DNA from: Planctomycetota bacterium
Lineage (GTDB): Bacteria > Planctomycetota > MHYJ01 > WSZJ01
Direction of reading: 5' to 3'
DNA: 64,000 bases
Assembly: GCA_038060895.1 (NCBI GenBank)
Contig: JBBTCT010000027.1
Span: forward strand, 94,000-157,999
The translations under genes and the position numbers were made by a program. Below, piece by piece: positions 61,069 through 64,000 of this stretch. The stretch's first letter is position 1; each line of letters opens with the position of its first letter. The notes beneath the pieces were generated by a model. It was given only the letters and a program-made list of their open reading frames with translations. It had not been told where the DNA came from and made no database searches.

Positions 61069-61641
61069 TCATTCGAGGTTGGTGTGCCGTTTTGCCATTT
61101 CATCGCGCTTCACGTGCAGCTTCTCCATCAGCTTCAGAACCGTGGAGTCGAGCACGATGAGAAGAGCCTGCTCGAACAGTGATCGCTGCGGCTGCGTGGT
61201 TGCAGGTTCTTTCCGGCCGCGGCCGACGGGCGGGGGAGTCGACGGCGCCGGAAGATGAAGGAGGATGTCAGCGGCGTCGCCGAATCTCGTCTCCGAATTC
61301 GCCGTAATCAGGACGACTTTCGCGTCCACTTCTCTCGCACTCAGCATTTTCTCCAGCGTCGTGCGCGTTTCGCCGCTTCCGCTGCACGCGATCATCAGGT
61401 CCTCCGGCCCGATGCGCGGGCAGGTGATCTCGCTGGATTCGTGGACCCGCAGTCCCAGGTGGACGAGCCGTGCCGCGAACGCACGCGCCATCAGGCCGGA
61501 GCGTCCCTCGCCGGCCACGAAGACACGATCGGCGGCGGCGACGGCGGAAGCGAGGCGGTCGATCAGGTCGGCGGGGACTTCCTTCAGGACCGCCTCAAGT
61601 TCCTTGAGGATTCGTTGCGAGTGGGGGTTCACGGCGGCCAT
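61069..61641 (-). CDS. hxlB: 6-phospho-3-hexuloisomerase-like SIS protein
   Basis: RVFVAGEGRSGL..AFA.RL.HLG, SGSGET, QPQRSLFEQ, HTNLE C-terminus. Confidence 0.8.
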   Translation of the reverse strand: MAAVNPHSQRILKELEAVLKEVPADLIDRLASAVAAADRVFVAGEGRSGLMARAFAARLVHLGLRVHESSEITCPRIGPEDLMIACSGSGETRTTLEKMLSAREVDAKVVLITANSETRFGDAADILLHLPAPSTPPPVGRGRKEPATTQPQRSLFEQALLIVLDSTVLKLMEKLHVKRDEMAKRHTNLE

Positions 61642-61707
61642 TGAAACGCAAGCGGGAGCAATTGCCAAACAGCGAGACGCCGGGGCGGGGCAGCGTGATA
61701 ATCGTGC

Positions 61708-62514
61708 ATGCGCTGTCCCACCGTCTTTCTCGAAGCGGCCGTCGAGGCCGCCCTCCTGGGCGGAGAAATTGTGCGCCGGGCCGGACGGCGAGCGCATACC
61801 GTTTCGTTCAAGGGGGCGACGGACCTGGTCACGTCCACGGACCGCGCGTCCGAGCGCGCGATCATGAAGCACCTCGGCAAGCGCTTCCCGGACCACGGCT
61901 TTCTCGGCGAAGAGGGCGGGAGGCGCGCGGGAGCTGAGTACCGCTGGATCGTGGACCCTCTGGACGGAACGATGAACTTCGCGCACGGCATGCCGTACTA
62001 TGACGTTTCGGTTGCGCTCGAGCGGGGTGGGGATGTGCTGGCGGGAGCGATCTACGACCCCGTGCTCGGCGAAATGTACTCGGCCGCGCGTGGGCGCGGG
62101 GCGCGGCGGAATGGAAAGCGAATCCGTGTTTCGACGCGTTCGCCGCTGTCGCAGACGCTTCTGGCCACCGGGTTTTCCAGCGCGCTCCTGGATTCAAGCA
62201 AGGCCGCGCCGGCGCCGCGCCGGGAAGTCCGGGCACAATTCCGCCGCTTCAATGAGTTCTGCCTCCGAGCCCGCGGTGTCCGGCGCCCGGGCGCTGCAGC
62301 CCTCGACCTGGCGTATGTCGCCTGCGGCATCTTCGACGGCTTCTGGGAAGGCTCGCTGAAGGCCTGGGACGTCGCGGCGGGCTGGGTGCTCGTCGAAGAG
62401 GCGGGCGGGGTGGTGACGGACTTTCACGGAAAGCGGCTGGACCTGTTCAACGGCGAGTTCGTGTGTTCGAACGGCCGGGTGCACCGCGAGATGTTGCGGG
62501 TGATCGGCCGGTAG
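61708..62514 (+). CDS. suhB: Inositol monophosphatase family protein
   Basis: DLVT..D..SE, GEEG, WIVDPLDGTMNF, GAAALDLAYVACG, WDVAAG..LVEEAGG. Confidence 0.85.
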   Translation: MRCPTVFLEAAVEAALLGGEIVRRAGRRAHTVSFKGATDLVTSTDRASERAIMKHLGKRFPDHGFLGEEGGRRAGAEYRWIVDPLDGTMNFAHGMPYYDVSVALERGGDVLAGAIYDPVLGEMYSAARGRGARRNGKRIRVSTRSPLSQTLLATGFSSALLDSSKAAPAPRREVRAQFRRFNEFCLRARGVRRPGAAALDLAYVACGIFDGFWEGSLKAWDVAAGWVLVEEAGGVVTDFHGKRLDLFNGEFVCSNGRVHREMLRVIGR

Positions 62515-62531
62515 GGCCTGCCGCCGCCGCG

Positions 62532-63143
62532 CTACGGGAATCGTCCGTGGCTCATCCCGGCCATCGAGAAGAACCCGACGTACCCGCACCACAGAAGCAG
62601 GTTGATGTACCCGATGACGAGTCCGATGTTCGCGAGAGTTTCTCCGGTCTGCGTCCCGTTGCTGCGCTTCACCTGCCCCCGCGCCATGTGCCCGCAGATG
62701 ACCGCGGGAATCGAGCAGAGCGGGCCGAGGCAGGCCCACGATGCGATGGCGAGCACGAGGGAAGCGGTCGCGAGTCCGTTCGTCTGTGCGGGGGCGCCGT
62801 AGGGCGCCGGGACCGTGCCGGAAGGGGAGAACGACGCGGGCGCGAAGGCGCCCTGGCCCGGAGGCTTGCCGCAGGCAGGACAGAATCCCGCGGCGGCCGG
62901 GAGCCCGACGCCGCAATGGGGGCAGAACAGGGGCGGAGGCGCGGCGCCGGGCTGGAAACCTCCCGCGGGTGAAGGCGCGCTCACCGGAACGGATTCTCCA
63001 GCGACCGGAGCCGGCGGCATCCCCGCGCTGACCTTTGCGACAAACACCTGGTAGCACTTCGGGCACCGCACCTGCTTGCCGGAGTGCTCTTCAAGAACCT
63101 GAAGCGATTGTCCGCAGTGATCGCACGAGACGTTGATGGGCAT
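62532..63143 (-). CDS. Zinc-ribbon + DUF4190 membrane protein
   Basis: CDHC..CPKC and CPHC..CPAC; NGLATASLVL..AVICGHMA..I..G..LA..GLVIG. Confidence 0.8.
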   Translation of the reverse strand: MPINVSCDHCGQSLQVLEEHSGKQVRCPKCYQVFVAKVSAGMPPAPVAGESVPVSAPSPAGGFQPGAAPPPLFCPHCGVGLPAAAGFCPACGKPPGQGAFAPASFSPSGTVPAPYGAPAQTNGLATASLVLAIASWACLGPLCSIPAVICGHMARGQVKRSNGTQTGETLANIGLVIGYINLLLWCGYVGFFSMAGMSHGRFP

Positions 63144-63162
63144 GGGGGGCTCCTGAGGCCGG

Positions 63163-63840
63163 CTACTTGAGCTTCTTGCCGTCCGAGTTGTAGTGGACGC
63201 GAGCGGGGTCACGGAAGACGTTGATGAGCGACCACGGGGTCCATCCGTCGGTCAGTGTGAGGACGATTCCGATGGCGCCCATGATGATACCGGCGAGCGC
63301 GAGATTGTCGCCCGCGAGCTGGCCGTTCGCGCCACGAATCTTGTGGCGCGCCTTGTATCCGATGAGGACGGCAGGAATGCCGGTCAGGAGGTGAAAGCAG
63401 GCGATGGAAAGGATGCCGAGAATGAAAGCGGTCTTGGCCTGGGGAAGCAGCTTTGCGCCAGGAAGGGCCTGCAAAGGAGGACTGAAGATCTCGTTGAAGG
63501 AGCCGGTGGGCTGGGCCAGGGACGGCTGGGCAGCCGGCGCTTGGGGCGGTGTTCCAGGAAGAGTGGGGGGAGTCGGAGAATCGACGTGATTTGACGCTCC
63601 GGGGGCCGCTCCCGAGAGGGCAGGGGGAGGCGAGGTGGCGCCGGCGTACCCGCCGGGGGGTGTCCATGTTTGTGCAAACGGCGACGGCGCGCCGCCACCG
63701 CCCGCCGAGGGGGGAGACACCGTGGAAGACCGAGCGATGAAGACTGAGTCGCACTTCGGGCATCGCACGCGCCAGCCGACGTGCTCGAGATCGACTTCGA
63801 GCGCGGTGTTGCAGGAAGCGCAGGGAACCGCGACGGGCAT
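63163..63840 (-). CDS. Zinc-ribbon + DUF4190 membrane protein (tandem paralogue)
   Basis: CASC..CPKC, Pro-rich linker, AFILGILS..GIPAVLIG..A..KI..G..LALAGIIMG. Confidence 0.8.
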   Translation of the reverse strand: MPVAVPCASCNTALEVDLEHVGWRVRCPKCDSVFIARSSTVSPPSAGGGGAPSPFAQTWTPPGGYAGATSPPPALSGAAPGASNHVDSPTPPTLPGTPPQAPAAQPSLAQPTGSFNEIFSPPLQALPGAKLLPQAKTAFILGILSIACFHLLTGIPAVLIGYKARHKIRGANGQLAGDNLALAGIIMGAIGIVLTLTDGWTPWSLINVFRDPARVHYNSDGKKLK

Positions 63841-64000
63841 GGAACCGGATTCTAGCAGGTTGGAGTCCACGCCTATTGAGGTAGGGAGGGCGGCGCGCCT
63901 TTAGAGGATTTTGGAAATGGGTGGGGTGTCGGCGGCGCGCCGAAATTCAACTTCAACTTCCATGAGAAGGCCCTCCCGATCAAGGGCGAATTAGAGAGTG

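Overview
High-GC, gene-dense bacterial chromosomal window with about 55 CDS. I saw no rRNA, tRNA, CRISPR array, prophage or intact transposase. Gene content suggests Planctomycetota/PVC (inference): membrane Hanks kinases, zinc-ribbon/DUF4190 proteins, DUF4388-TPR, redoxin-cytochrome c-copper monooxygenase fusions and a Gld-type ABC system. Housekeeping and cofactor genes include recQ, UDP-glucuronate decarboxylase-galE, mscL, a TPP riboswitch-thiC-thi4 operon, bioF/bioB, greA, nadB, dnaK, accBC, hxlB and suhB. The most notable observations are: (1) three long intergenic hairpins built from short periodic repeats, one still enclosing a decayed GxxExxY nuclease gene, which may be a family of fold-back mobile cassettes and their empty remnants; (2) a His-type Thi4 with a roughly 160-aa disordered tail carrying five Thr-x-x-aromatic motifs; (3) tandem Ser/Thr kinases with PEGA and beta-helix ectodomains near an FHA-GAF-HD-GYP protein; (4) tandem redoxin-haem c-Cu monooxygenase paralogues; (5) many apparently leaderless genes. 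All protein family calls come from motif recognition by eye; no database searches were run. Several start codons were moved downstream relative to the supplied ORF track.
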